DNA of 64,000 nt from Patescibacteria group bacterium (GTDB lineage: Bacteria; Patescibacteriota; Minisyncoccia; UBA6257; UBA9933), in the NCBI GenBank assembly GCA_038065955.1, contig JBBTPY010000003.1, forward strand, positions 39,624 through 103,623, in the 5' to 3' direction. Below the pieces are notes generated by a model that had not been told where the DNA came from, searched no databases, and worked only from the letters and a program-made list of their open reading frames with translations. The position numbers and the translations under genes were made by a program. Shown here one piece after another: positions 11,121-20,506 of this stretch; the first letter of the stretch is position 1; each line of letters begins with the position of its first letter.

Positions 11121-11170
11121 TTAAATTGCTTTATTTTTTTGATAACGTATAATGAATAAAATTTAAAATT

Positions 11171-11914
11171 ATGAAACCTTATCTTTCGGTTATAATTCCC
11201 GCTTACAATGAAGCCAAGCGTTTATCTTTGACGCTAATTGACATTAACAAACATCTTTCGCGAGTTGATTTTTCTTATGAAATTATTGTGATTGACAATA
11301 ATTCATCTGATGCGACCAAAGAAATCGCCGAAAGATTTTCCCGCTTGTTCAAAAATTTAAGAGTGATAGAATGTTTTACTCGCGGGAAAGGAGCGGCGGT
11401 AAAATACGGAATGTTGGAAGCGAAAGGAGAAATAAGATTGTTTATGGATGCCGATAATTCCACTTCCATTGACCAATTTAATAAAATGATACCTTATTTT
11501 AATAGCGGTTATTCGGTTGTTATCGGTTCGCGCGATATTGAAGGAGCCGAACTTGTGCCGCCTCAACCGTGGCATAAAAGAATTGCCGGCAATCTCGGCA
11601 ATCTGTTTATTCAATTTATGCTTTTACCGGGGATTTGGGATACGCAGTGCGGTTTTAAGGCGTTTACGGAAGAAGCGGCGGAGAAAATTTTTCCGCTTAT
11701 TAAAATTAGTCATTGGGGATTTGACGTTGAAATTTTGGCTTTGGCGAATAAAATGGGTTATAAAATAAAAGAAATTCCGGTTTTTTGGGTTAACAATCCG
11801 TTTTCTCTCGTAAGTTCTTTCGCCTATATTCAGGTTTTATGGGAAGTGGTAAAAATAAAATGGTGGATAATTACAAATAAATATGCAATATCATCTTACA
11901 AAAGAACGTTTTGA
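11171..11914 (+). CDS. GT2 glycosyltransferase (polyprenol-phosphate glycosyltransferase-like)
   Basis: SVIIPAYNE, GKGAAV, FMDAD, DTQCGFKAF, WGFDVE. Confidence 0.9.
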   Translation: MKPYLSVIIPAYNEAKRLSLTLIDINKHLSRVDFSYEIIVIDNNSSDATKEIAERFSRLFKNLRVIECFTRGKGAAVKYGMLEAKGEIRLFMDADNSTSIDQFNKMIPYFNSGYSVVIGSRDIEGAELVPPQPWHKRIAGNLGNLFIQFMLLPGIWDTQCGFKAFTEEAAEKIFPLIKISHWGFDVEILALANKMGYKIKEIPVFWVNNPFSLVSSFAYIQVLWEVVKIKWWIITNKYAISSYKRTF

Positions 11915-12338
11915 GGAATTAAAAATAGAATTGGAGCGGCTTAAAAAAGAAGTTCGCGCCGAAATCAGGGAGCGGCTTCGCCGGGCCAAGGAATACGGCG
12001 ACCTTTCGGAGAACGCCGAATATTCCGAAGCTAAAGACGAACAGGCAAAAGTTGAGGGCCGTATTTTTGAATTGGAAAATATTTTAAAAAACGCTTCAAT
12101 AATCAGGAAAACAAGCGGCAAGGACAGCGTTACGATAGGAGCAACGGTTGAAGTCAGGCGGGGCGGAAAAGTTTTTAAATATACGATTGTCGGTTCCAAT
12201 GAAGCGCGGCCGGAAGCGAATTTGATTTCCAATGAATCGCCTTTGGGCGGCGCTTTTTTAGGCAAGAAATCCGGCGATGTCGTTGAAATAAGCGTTCCCG
12301 GCGGAAAAGCGAAATATGAGATAATAAAAATAGGGTAA
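11883..12338 (+). CDS. greA: Transcription elongation factor GreA
   Basis: GDLSENAEY, ISNESPLG. Confidence 0.96.
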   Translation: MQYHLTKERFEELKIELERLKKEVRAEIRERLRRAKEYGDLSENAEYSEAKDEQAKVEGRIFELENILKNASIIRKTSGKDSVTIGATVEVRRGGKVFKYTIVGSNEARPEANLISNESPLGGAFLGKKSGDVVEISVPGGKAKYEIIKIG

Positions 12339-12346
12339 AGCAAATT

Positions 12347-13684
12347 ATGCTAGATGATATTATTCAAGAACGTCGGCGAAAATTAAATAATTTTATTAAA
12401 GAAGGCATTGATCTTTATCCTTCAAAAATTAAGCGGACGCTTACAATAGCCGTTGCCTTAAAAAATTTCACCGAGCTTTCGCGCGCCTCTAAAAACATTT
12501 TTCTTGTCGGTCGGCTTATGGCTTTAAGGGACCAAGGCAATTTGATTTTTCTTGATTTAAAAGACGAATCCGGGAAAATTCAAGTTGTTTTTAAAAAAGA
12601 CAGCCTTAAAAATTATAAAATCTTAAAACAAAATTTGGACATCGGCGATTTTTTGGAAATTGGCGGTTTGCTTTTTAAAACTAAAAAGGGAGAGAAAAGC
12701 ATATTGGCGAAAACCGCGCGAATTATCGTTAAGTCAATTATGCCTTTGCCGGTTCAATGGTATGGTTTAAAAGATGTTGAAGAAAGATTTCGCAAGCGCT
12801 ATCTGGATATTATTTTAAATCCGGAAATTAAGGAGAAATTCATTAAACGTTTTGAGGCGCTAGTTTATTTGCGCGCTAAATTGATTGAAGAAGGTTTTTT
12901 GGAGGTGGAAACGCCGATGCTTCAGGCGATTCCCGGCGGAGCCAAAGCACGGCCGTTTATCACTCATCACAACGCTTTTGATGTTGATTTTTATCTGAGA
13001 ATCGCGCCGGAACTTTATCTTAAAAGACTGCTCGTCGCCGGTTTTGAAAAAATTTTTGAAATTGGACGGGTTTTCAGAAATGAGGGCATTGATAGGGACC
13101 ACAATCCGGAATTTACCATGTTGGAACTTTATTGGGCTTATCAGGATTGGGAAGGGTTGATGAGTTTTACCGAAAAATTGCTTAAAAAATTTCTCGGCGG
13201 GAAAAAATGGCCGAGAATAGGTTTTTCCGAAGCGTTTAAAAAATACGCTCTCATTGATATAAATAAACTTAAAAGCGATGAACTCGACGAAATTTTCAAA
13301 AAACAAGTAAGGCCGAAAATTATTAAACCGACTTTTATCACTCATTATCCGAAATCAATTTCTCCCTTGGCGAAATCATGCGCTGACAATCCCGATTTAA
13401 CCGAACGATTTCAATTAATTGTTGACGGCACGGAAATCGTTAATGGATTTTCCGAATTAAATAATCCGATTGAACAAAGAAACAGAATGGAAGAACAGGA
13501 AAAAATGTATCGCGGCGGCGATATTGAGGCTTCGCGTTTGGATGAAGATTTTTTGGAGGCCTTGGAATATGGTATGCCGCCGGCCGCCGGATTCGGCATC
13601 GGCATTGACCGGCTTGCGGCGTTTATTACTAAAAGCCATAATATAAAAGAAGTAATAATATTTCCGACGTTAAAACCGAAATAA
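12347..13684 (+). CDS. lysS: Lysine--tRNA ligase (class II)
   Basis: YLRIAPELYLKRL, FRNEGID..HNPEFT, YGMPPAAGFGIGIDR. Confidence 0.97.
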   Translation: MLDDIIQERRRKLNNFIKEGIDLYPSKIKRTLTIAVALKNFTELSRASKNIFLVGRLMALRDQGNLIFLDLKDESGKIQVVFKKDSLKNYKILKQNLDIGDFLEIGGLLFKTKKGEKSILAKTARIIVKSIMPLPVQWYGLKDVEERFRKRYLDIILNPEIKEKFIKRFEALVYLRAKLIEEGFLEVETPMLQAIPGGAKARPFITHHNAFDVDFYLRIAPELYLKRLLVAGFEKIFEIGRVFRNEGIDRDHNPEFTMLELYWAYQDWEGLMSFTEKLLKKFLGGKKWPRIGFSEAFKKYALIDINKLKSDELDEIFKKQVRPKIIKPTFITHYPKSISPLAKSCADNPDLTERFQLIVDGTEIVNGFSELNNPIEQRNRMEEQEKMYRGGDIEASRLDEDFLEALEYGMPPAAGFGIGIDRLAAFITKSHNIKEVIIFPTLKPK

Positions 13685-13686
13685 AT

Positions 13687-14946
13687 ATGTTAGATATTAA
13701 TTTAATCCGGCAAAATCCGGAAAAAATTAAAAAAGGGATGGTGGCTAAAAATGTCAGTTCAAAATTAGTGGACGATTTTTTGGCGCTTGACGAAGGGTGG
13801 AGAAAATTAACCAAAGAAATTGATGATTTAAGGGCGGAACAGAAAAAACTTTCCGAAGTCCGTAAGATTGAAGAAGCTAAAAAAAATAAGGAAAAAATAA
13901 AAAATGCGGAAATAGAATTAAATGAAACGGAAAAACGGCGGGAAGAAATTTTGCGCGGCTTGCCGAATTTGCCGTTTGACGACGCGCCGGTTGGCAAAAA
14001 TGAAAGCGGCAATGTTGTTTTAAGAGAAATTGGCGAAAAATCGAAATTCGGCTTTGAGCCGAAAGACTATTTGGAAATTGTCGAAAAATTGGATTTAATT
14101 GACACAGAGCGGGCGGCTAAAGTTTCGGGCAGCCGTTTCGGTTATATTAAAGGCCAATTGGTTCTTTTGGAATTCGCTTTGGTCAAACTCGCATTAGATA
14201 CGGCGGTAAAAAAAGGATTTATTCCAATAATTCCGCCGGTGATAATTAAAGAAGAGATGATGCGGGCGATGGGGTACATTGACAGCCATAAGGACCGCGA
14301 AGAAACTTATTTTTTGGAAAAAGACAATTCGTATTTGGTGGCCACTTCGGAACAGTCAATCGGTCCTATGCATAGCGGCGAAATTTTTAACGAAAACGAA
14401 TTGCCGAAAAGATATATCGGTTTTTCAACTTGTTTTCGGCGCGAGGCTGGTTCTTATGGTAAAGACACTAAGGGAATTTTAAGAGTTCATCAGTTTGATA
14501 AAGCGGAAATGTTCAGTTTTTGCGAACCGGAGAAATCTAAAGAAGAACACGAATTACTGCTTTCAATAGAAGAAGATTTAATGAAATTATTAAAAATTCC
14601 TTATCGTGTTCTTAATATCTGTACCGGTGATTTAGGCGGTCCGGCCGCGAAAAAATACGATATTGAAGCGTGGCTGCCGGGGCAAAACGGCGGAAAAGGA
14701 GAATATCGCGAAACCCATTCCACTTCCAATTGTACTGATTTTCAGGCGCGGAGATTAAACATTAAATATAGGTCAAGTGTCAGAGGTCAAATGTCAAAGG
14801 TTGATTTTGTTCATACTCTCAATGGCACAGCTTTCGCTATTGGCCGAATGCTTATCGCTATTATTGAAAACTGCCAACAAAAAGACGGTTCAATTTTAAT
14901 GCCGGAAGTTTTGCGGGGATATTTGGGATTTAAGGAAATTAGATAA
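13687..14946 (+). CDS. serS: Serine--tRNA ligase
   Basis: MLDINLIR, TCFRREAG, RVHQFDK, SNCTDFQARRL, HTLNGT. Confidence 0.98.
   Translation: MLDINLIRQNPEKIKKGMVAKNVSSKLVDDFLALDEGWRKLTKEIDDLRAEQKKLSEVRKIEEAKKNKEKIKNAEIELNETEKRREEILRGLPNLPFDDAPVGKNESGNVVLREIGEKSKFGFEPKDYLEIVEKLDLIDTERAAKVSGSRFGYIKGQLVLLEFALVKLALDTAVKKGFIPIIPPVIIKEEMMRAMGYIDSHKDREETYFLEKDNSYLVATSEQSIGPMHSGEIFNENELPKRYIGFSTCFRREAGSYGKDTKGILRVHQFDKAEMFSFCEPEKSKEEHELLLSIEEDLMKLLKIPYRVLNICTGDLGGPAAKKYDIEAWLPGQNGGKGEYRETHSTSNCTDFQARRLNIKYRSSVRGQMSKVDFVHTLNGTAFAIGRMLIAIIENCQQKDGSILMPEVLRGYLGFKEIR
14769..14803. repeat. Degenerate NNTGTCA 7-mer array in-frame within serS
   Basis: taggtca agtgtca gaggtca aatgtca aaggttg, encoding RSSVRGQMSKV. 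Confidence 0.7.
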
Positions 14947-14958
14947 TAAACAGAACAG

Positions 14959-15738
14959 ATGGGTAATGTATATTTTGATGAAAAACAAAGAAAAAAAAGA
15001 CGTTGGATTCTGAAATTAAAAATTTACGGCTCGCTGTCGGTTTTTTTTATTTTAATAATTGGCGCCGGCTATTTAATTGTTTATTCACCATTATTTCGGA
15101 TTAAAAATATTTTAATATTAGGGACGTCGAACGTCCCTAAATTAGAAGAAAACATTAAAGTTTTTTTCGCCAATCAATCAAAAATCGACAAGTTTTTTGG
15201 AGCGAATAATATTTTAATTTGGAAACAAGAAAAAATAGGGGAGTTTCTAAAAAACGAGCCGCAAATCGCCGAATTAACGATTAAAAAGGATTATTTTAAG
15301 CGGCTGATAAAAATAGAAGTTAAAGAAAGGGAAAAATTCGGTATTTGGTGCGCCAACAATTGTTTTTGGTTTGATAAAAAGGGCGTTGTTTTTTTAGAGT
15401 CGCCGTCAACGGAAGGCAGTTTAATTAATAAAATAGACGATTTTTCCGATAGGTCGTTTAATCTTGGAGATAAAATTCTCGAAGAAAAATTTTTATCAAA
15501 CTTGATTAAAATTTTTGAAATTCTTGAAAAATCCGGCTTGAAAATAAAATCGTTGAAATTGGAAGATATTGCGCTTCAGGAAATAATTACCGATTCATCG
15601 CCTAAAATTTATTTCAGCTTGCGGATAGAGCCGAATTTCGCTTTGGCGGCGCTTCAATCGTTGGAAAATATCGGTTTTGAAAAGATGGAATATATTGATT
15701 TGCGGGTGGAAAATCGGGCGTATTATAAAATGAAGTAG
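14959..15738 (+). CDS. FtsQ/DivIB-like cell division protein
   Basis: N-terminal TM, SPLFRIKNI POTRA-like start, C-terminal YIDLR motif. Confidence 0.7.
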   Translation: MGNVYFDEKQRKKRRWILKLKIYGSLSVFFILIIGAGYLIVYSPLFRIKNILILGTSNVPKLEENIKVFFANQSKIDKFFGANNILIWKQEKIGEFLKNEPQIAELTIKKDYFKRLIKIEVKEREKFGIWCANNCFWFDKKGVVFLESPSTEGSLINKIDDFSDRSFNLGDKILEEKFLSNLIKIFEILEKSGLKIKSLKLEDIALQEIITDSSPKIYFSLRIEPNFALAALQSLENIGFEKMEYIDLRVENRAYYKMK

Positions 15739-15744
15739 ATTATT

Positions 15745-17565
15745 TTATAGTTTGTAAATAAATATGGAAGTTCCCGCTTTATAATCCGGTTCATAAGGAT
15801 TTTTTATTTCTTTCAGCCATTGATATTCGTCTTCGGGATTTCGCTGTTGGCCCGGGTGAAGTTTGCCTAAAGCGCCTTGCAGATTGTTTATTGAAATCGC
15901 CAGCCATTCAATATTATAATCTTTCGGATTGCCTTTTGACGATTGCCACTGTTCAAACTTATCGTTTAAATAATATTTCGGACTGCCGCCGCCGAAATAA
16001 TCAATGGCAATTTTATTAATTTTTTCGCCGGCGGGCGGATTTTCAACAAAATTTTTAAGCCGTTTCAAATCTTGCCCCCAATCGTAATTGGAATCAGTTA
16101 CGTATTTATAGCCGTTTTCAACGCCGCCGCTAATTTGGTTAAAGTAAGAAAGATAATAAGGAGCGCTTAAAAATGTTTCCGCTAAATACCAGATTATCAA
16201 AATAGCGATAACGGCAGATTTAAATATGACTTTTGAATTATAGTTTATCCATTTTTTGAGCGCTGAAGCGGCGAGAATATAAATAAACGGCATTGTTGGC
16301 ATTAAGTGTCTAATGCCGATGTTAAGCGGGCTTTTAATGCTGTAAAGCCAGTAGAAAATCGCGAATGACAGCATTGAAAATTCGGCAAAATGGTTGCCGA
16401 GATAGTCCATAAAAGTTTGTAGTTTGTAGTTTGTGGTTTGTAGTTTTCTGATAATACCCCAAACGCTTAAAAAAAGCGCGATAAAAATTAGAATTAACGA
16501 TGGAACGGGTTCTTTTAAAATAAAAACAATTGGGAAATAATACCACCAGCCGCCGGCCGACACTTCGCCTAAGAAATATCCGGTGTTTCCGCCGGAAGAG
16601 CGTTGAAGCACCATTAAAACTCCTAAAAGATATTGGCCGAGCGGCCTTAAAATTTTATTTCCGGCCATCCAGATATTTATTTCCGCCGGAGCGCCGGAAA
16701 AAGAAGTTAAAATAAATTTTGTGTCGGCGACTTGTTTTTCAATCGGATAATTTATAGTAAATAAAAAATAAATCGCATAGATTAAAATATAACCGATAAT
16801 AAAGATGGCTGAAATTGATTTAAAATAGCGCAGTCCTCGGATGGAAAATCGTTTTAATCGCGCCGAAGGAGCGGTTTGTCGCCAGTCGTGATAGATTTTC
16901 CATATTAAAAAAACAGTAATTAAAAATATAAAAAATGGAATAAGTAAAAAGGCGGAAAATTTCATCGACTGGGCGATGCCGAAAGCCAATCCAGCGAATA
17001 TTAAATGCCGGCGCGACTGTCCAAAAAGGAATTTTACGAAATAATAAGTGGCGATAAATATTCCTAAAGCCGCGCCAATGTCTGTGGTTACATAATGACC
17101 GTGAGTCAAGACTGTCGGCGAAAAAGCGAATAAAAATGTCGGAAATAATGCCCACCAGCGGCCAATCAGTTCTTTTGACCAGATATAAATGAAAATTATT
17201 AAAATTAACGTAAGGAGCATCGGGCCGAGCCGCGACCATTGAATGATTGTGTCGGCATTATTGCCTGATTCGTAAAGAAATTGCGCGCCGGCGGCCCATT
17301 GGCCGTTGATATCCGTTTGCCAAGGCGATTTGTCGGTTGGAAAGTTTAATTTTTGAAATAACAGCGGAAAAGCGGCTAAAGCTTTTACTAATGGCGGATG
17401 TTCGGGGTTTAAGCGAAAATCCAGGTATTTGACATAACCATAGCCGGCCGGAATATGGGCAAGCTCATCCATTGTGGCGGACTCTTGAAAAGACGCATTA
17501 AGCATTAAAGCAAATGAAACGGCGGCGATTAAATAAAGAAACAATAAAGAAAGATGTTTAGACAT
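15745..17565 (-). CDS. GT-C fold membrane glycosyltransferase (PMT/ArnT-like)
   Basis: SATMDELAH, NPEHPPLVK, many TMs, DSNYDWGQD. Confidence 0.8.
   Translation of the reverse strand: MSKHLSLLFLYLIAAVSFALMLNASFQESATMDELAHIPAGYGYVKYLDFRLNPEHPPLVKALAAFPLLFQKLNFPTDKSPWQTDINGQWAAGAQFLYESGNNADTIIQWSRLGPMLLTLILIIFIYIWSKELIGRWWALFPTFLFAFSPTVLTHGHYVTTDIGAALGIFIATYYFVKFLFGQSRRHLIFAGLAFGIAQSMKFSAFLLIPFFIFLITVFLIWKIYHDWRQTAPSARLKRFSIRGLRYFKSISAIFIIGYILIYAIYFLFTINYPIEKQVADTKFILTSFSGAPAEINIWMAGNKILRPLGQYLLGVLMVLQRSSGGNTGYFLGEVSAGGWWYYFPIVFILKEPVPSLILIFIALFLSVWGIIRKLQTTNYKLQTFMDYLGNHFAEFSMLSFAIFYWLYSIKSPLNIGIRHLMPTMPFIYILAASALKKWINYNSKVIFKSAVIAILIIWYLAETFLSAPYYLSYFNQISGGVENGYKYVTDSNYDWGQDLKRLKNFVENPPAGEKINKIAIDYFGGGSPKYYLNDKFEQWQSSKGNPKDYNIEWLAISINNLQGALGKLHPGQQRNPEDEYQWLKEIKNPYEPDYKAGTSIFIYKL
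16414..16448. repeat. 7-mer array (AGTTTGT) in-frame within the GT-C gene
   Basis: encodes KLQTTNYKLQT on the minus strand. Confidence 0.85.
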
Positions 17566-17588
17566 ATAAATTCGTATATAATTATAAT

Positions 17589-17951
17589 ATGTTTTTTATC
17601 CATAAATCCAGCGCAAAAATTCATTGGACAAATCATGTTAAAATAAAGATGCGATTTTATAAATTATCCGAGCAAAGAGTAAGGCGGATTTTAAATTCTC
17701 CGAAAAGAACGGAAGAAGGAATAGCGCCGAATACCGTGGCGCTTATGCAGGTTGCCGGCAGTGAAAAACATCCGTACGAAATTTGGGTAATGCTTCAAAA
17801 AATAAATCAGAAATCAGACATCAAGAGTCAGATGTTAAAAGTGATAAGCGCCTGGAAATATCCCGGCAGAACTAAACCTCGCGGCGAAATTGCGTTTAAT
17901 TTTATTCAGCAAGAATTTGCCGAATATAAAAATGAAGAAAAATCCGTTTAA
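17589..17951 (+). CDS. Hypothetical protein, possibly BrnT/RelE-like fold
   Basis: WTNH..KM, EIWVM, KVISAW pattern; contains an in-frame 7-mer array at 17803-17844. Confidence 0.55.
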   Translation: MFFIHKSSAKIHWTNHVKIKMRFYKLSEQRVRRILNSPKRTEEGIAPNTVALMQVAGSEKHPYEIWVMLQKINQKSDIKSQMLKVISAWKYPGRTKPRGEIAFNFIQQEFAEYKNEEKSV

Positions 17952-17965
17952 CGGTTTAACGACGG

Positions 17966-18214
17966 TCAGGCGGCTTTTTTCATTTCTTCATATTCTTCTC
18001 TAAGAGGAATACTGCCGTCCGGCGACATTTTTTTCCCTAAAATTTTCGGCCATTGCGGGACATAAGGCTCTTTTTTGTCTTTTAGCTTTTCGTCTTCGTT
18101 TTTTTCACGGCTCTCACAACTTTCACAGCTTTCGCCCTTATCCATTTCCTCGCTTTCTTTTTTAATTTTTTTCGTTGACTGGGAATTTAAAAAATCAGAT
18201 ATTTTTTCAAACAT
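17966..18214 (-). CDS. Small charged hypothetical protein
   Basis: 82-aa ORF with ATG, CESCES; occupies otherwise intergenic space. Confidence 0.45.
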   Translation of the reverse strand: MFEKISDFLNSQSTKKIKKESEEMDKGESCESCESREKNEDEKLKDKKEPYVPQWPKILGKKMSPDGSIPLREEYEEMKKAA

Positions 18215-18302
18215 TGGAATTTTTATATTTTAAATATTTTTTATAATTAAACGACCTTTATTTTTAAAAATTATACTATAAAAATAAATAGAAATATATG
18301 GT

Positions 18303-18344
18303 CTTACTAAACCATTCTGACGGCCGTCAGAATGGTTTAGTAAG
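18303..18344. repeat. 42-bp perfect palindrome
   Basis: cttactaaaccattctgacgg|ccgtcagaatggtttagtaag. Confidence 0.95.
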
Positions 18345-18399
18345 TTAGTAAGATTAGAAGAAGATTATAAAATATATCGTCGAATAAATTATATCATAT

Positions 18400-18441
18400 C
18401 AATTTCGGTTATTTCAACGATCGTTGAAATAACCGAAATTG
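18400..18441. repeat. 42-bp perfect palindrome
   Basis: caatttcggttatttcaacga|tcgttgaaataaccgaaattg. Confidence 0.95.
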
Positions 18442-18523
18442 GCTGAAACATTAAATGTTCTCCTATAAAATTAATAAATGATTATACTATTTTAAAAACC
18501 GAATCTCACAAAACCGCTCACGA

Positions 18524-18553
18524 TTGACAAATATAAAGAAAGTATGTTATTTT
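18524..18553 (+). promoter_or_regulatory. Putative sigma70 promoter
   Basis: TTGACA, 18-nt spacer, extended TGnTATTTT. Confidence 0.4.
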
Positions 18554-18697
18554 TAAAAATCATTTATATGTCTGTTTTTCGGTTTATTCCAACATTAACT
18601 CGGCCCGCTTAAATTTCTGCAATAAGGCAGGATAAAAAGCGACGCCACAATCGCCTCCGCTAATTTAATTAGCGGTTGGCAAAAAGGAGGACTTGTT

Positions 18698-19228
18698 ATG
18701 AAAGACGCACCACTTCCGCTGCTTCTTAAGCCTGTGGGTACCATTTATATACCTGCGACTATCGAAAAATTTGTGGTTCGGGAAAAGTTTGTGGTTCGGG
18801 AAAAGTTTGTGGTCAACACCAGCAGTAAATACGCGAAAATTTCTTATATTGGATATCTTTTTTCGAAATGGTTTCTCAATAAAATTGAGGAACCGAAGCC
18901 GGAAACGCATCTCCAGTATGCTGATTTACTGAGAGCGTCTTCGGGTAATCATATTCTCGCCGAGCTTGGCGAGAAAAAAGAAACAACCCTTGCCGAAATC
19001 TTTGATTTGATGATAATCCAACCGACTGGCGAGGACGACGTGTTGTTCACTAATGATTATAATAATAATATTTTTTGTGTCCGCGATGTTAATAATGAGC
19101 TTCGTGGTGTGAGAGTTTGGAATGTTTGGAATAATGACAGTTGGAGTAGAAGTATTAGTTGGCGTGTAGGCGCGTTTTTAGTTAATAATATGTGGCCTGA
19201 TGGTATCCGCGTCTTCTCTCGTGGTTAA
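18698..19228 (+). CDS. Hypothetical protein with C-terminus resembling CPR DGR-target (CLec-like) proteins
   Basis: NIFCVRDV..LRGVRVW...WRVGA...W.DG.RVFSR; strong AGGAGG SD; 18-bp internal tandem duplication (EKFVVR). Confidence 0.6.
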   Translation: MKDAPLPLLLKPVGTIYIPATIEKFVVREKFVVREKFVVNTSSKYAKISYIGYLFSKWFLNKIEEPKPETHLQYADLLRASSGNHILAELGEKKETTLAEIFDLMIIQPTGEDDVLFTNDYNNNIFCVRDVNNELRGVRVWNVWNNDSWSRSISWRVGAFLVNNMWPDGIRVFSRG

Positions 19229-19247
19229 TAAAACACTTAAATCTCTT

Positions 19248-19287
19248 AGCTCCTTGGTTCGGTTATTTCCGAACCAAGGAGCTTTTT
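19248..19287 (+). terminator. Intrinsic terminator
   Basis: agctccttggttcgg-ttattt-ccgaaccaaggagct followed by a T-run. Confidence 0.75.
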
Positions 19288-19299
19288 ATTTATAATAAT

Positions 19300-19339
19300 T
19301 TTTAGTCATTTACTCGCATGTGCGAGTAAATGACTAAAA
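19300..19339. repeat. 40-bp palindrome with 2-nt centre
   Basis: ttttagtcatttactcgca-tg-tgcgagtaaatgactaaaa. Confidence 0.93.
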
Positions 19340-19495
19340 TGACTAAAAAGTTGTTTTCTTAAATTTTCTTAAAATTTAAAATAGCGGCAATAATTTGGTA
19401 TAATTTCTTTAAAAGATTGCTAAAAAATATAAATTTCAATATGGATAATTTGATTAAAAACTGAAATTAAAATAAGATATTACGAAACTTTCAAA

Positions 19496-20506
19496 ATGAA
19501 ATTATCAATCGGCATCGTGGGTTTGCCCAATGTTGGCAAATCAATGCTTTTTAAAATTTTAACCAAACAGGATATCAATATCGCCAATTATCCCTTCGCC
19601 ACTATTGACCCGAATGTCGGGATTGTTTCTGTTCCGGACGAACGGTTGGACAAACTGACGAAATTAAGCGCTTCAAAAAAAATCGTTTCGGCCATCGTGG
19701 AATTTTACGACATCGCCGGCTTGGTCAAGGGCGCGAACAAGGGCGAAGGTTTGGGAAATAAGTTTTTGTCGCACATCCGCGAAACAAATGCCATTGTCCA
19801 TATTGTCCGCTGTTTTAAAGACCCCGAAATTATCCATGTGGAAACGGAAGTCAATCCGTTGAGAGATTTGGAAATTATCAATACGGAGCTGATTTTGAAA
19901 GATTTGGAAACGGTTGAAAAGCGGCTTGTTAGTATAGAAAAAGAAGCCAGAGGAGACAAGAAAAAAATAAAGGATTTGGAAATTCTTAAAAAAGTTCGGG
20001 AGAATTTAAGCAACGGTATTTTGGTTTTTAACTGCGGCGAGGAAATCGCCAATGAGTCTGTGATAAAAGAATTAAATCTTTTAACCGCTAAACCGCAAAT
20101 TTATCTTTTAAATGGCGAGTCCAGAGACGTAAGCGAAGAATTGAAAAACAAGATAAAATTTTTGAATGCAGATTATTTAATCATTAATCTCTCGGCGGTC
20201 GACGCCGCTGTCATCGGAGAGTTGATAAAAAAATCTTACGAAATTTTGGGATTAATCAGTTTTTTCACGACCGGCGAAGACGAAACAAAAGCGTGGACGA
20301 TTAAAAATGGCGCCAAAGCGCCGCAAGCAGCCGGCGAGATTCATACCGATTTTGAAAAGAAATTCATCAAAGCAGAAGTTATTAATTGGCAAAAATTAAT
20401 TGAAGCCGGTTTTTGGGCAAGCGCCAAACAAAAAGGTTTGGTTCGTTTAGAGGGTAAAGAATATATTGTCCAAGACGGCGATGTAATGATTATTAAACAT
20501 GGTTAA
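19496..20506 (+). CDS. ychF: Ribosome-binding ATPase YchF
   Basis: GIVGLPNVGKS, ANYPFATIDPN, DIAGLVKGA, EGKEYIVQDGD. Confidence 0.97.
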   Translation: MKLSIGIVGLPNVGKSMLFKILTKQDINIANYPFATIDPNVGIVSVPDERLDKLTKLSASKKIVSAIVEFYDIAGLVKGANKGEGLGNKFLSHIRETNAIVHIVRCFKDPEIIHVETEVNPLRDLEIINTELILKDLETVEKRLVSIEKEARGDKKKIKDLEILKKVRENLSNGILVFNCGEEIANESVIKELNLLTAKPQIYLLNGESRDVSEELKNKIKFLNADYLIINLSAVDAAVIGELIKKSYEILGLISFFTTGEDETKAWTIKNGAKAPQAAGEIHTDFEKKFIKAEVINWQKLIEAGFWASAKQKGLVRLEGKEYIVQDGDVMIIKHG

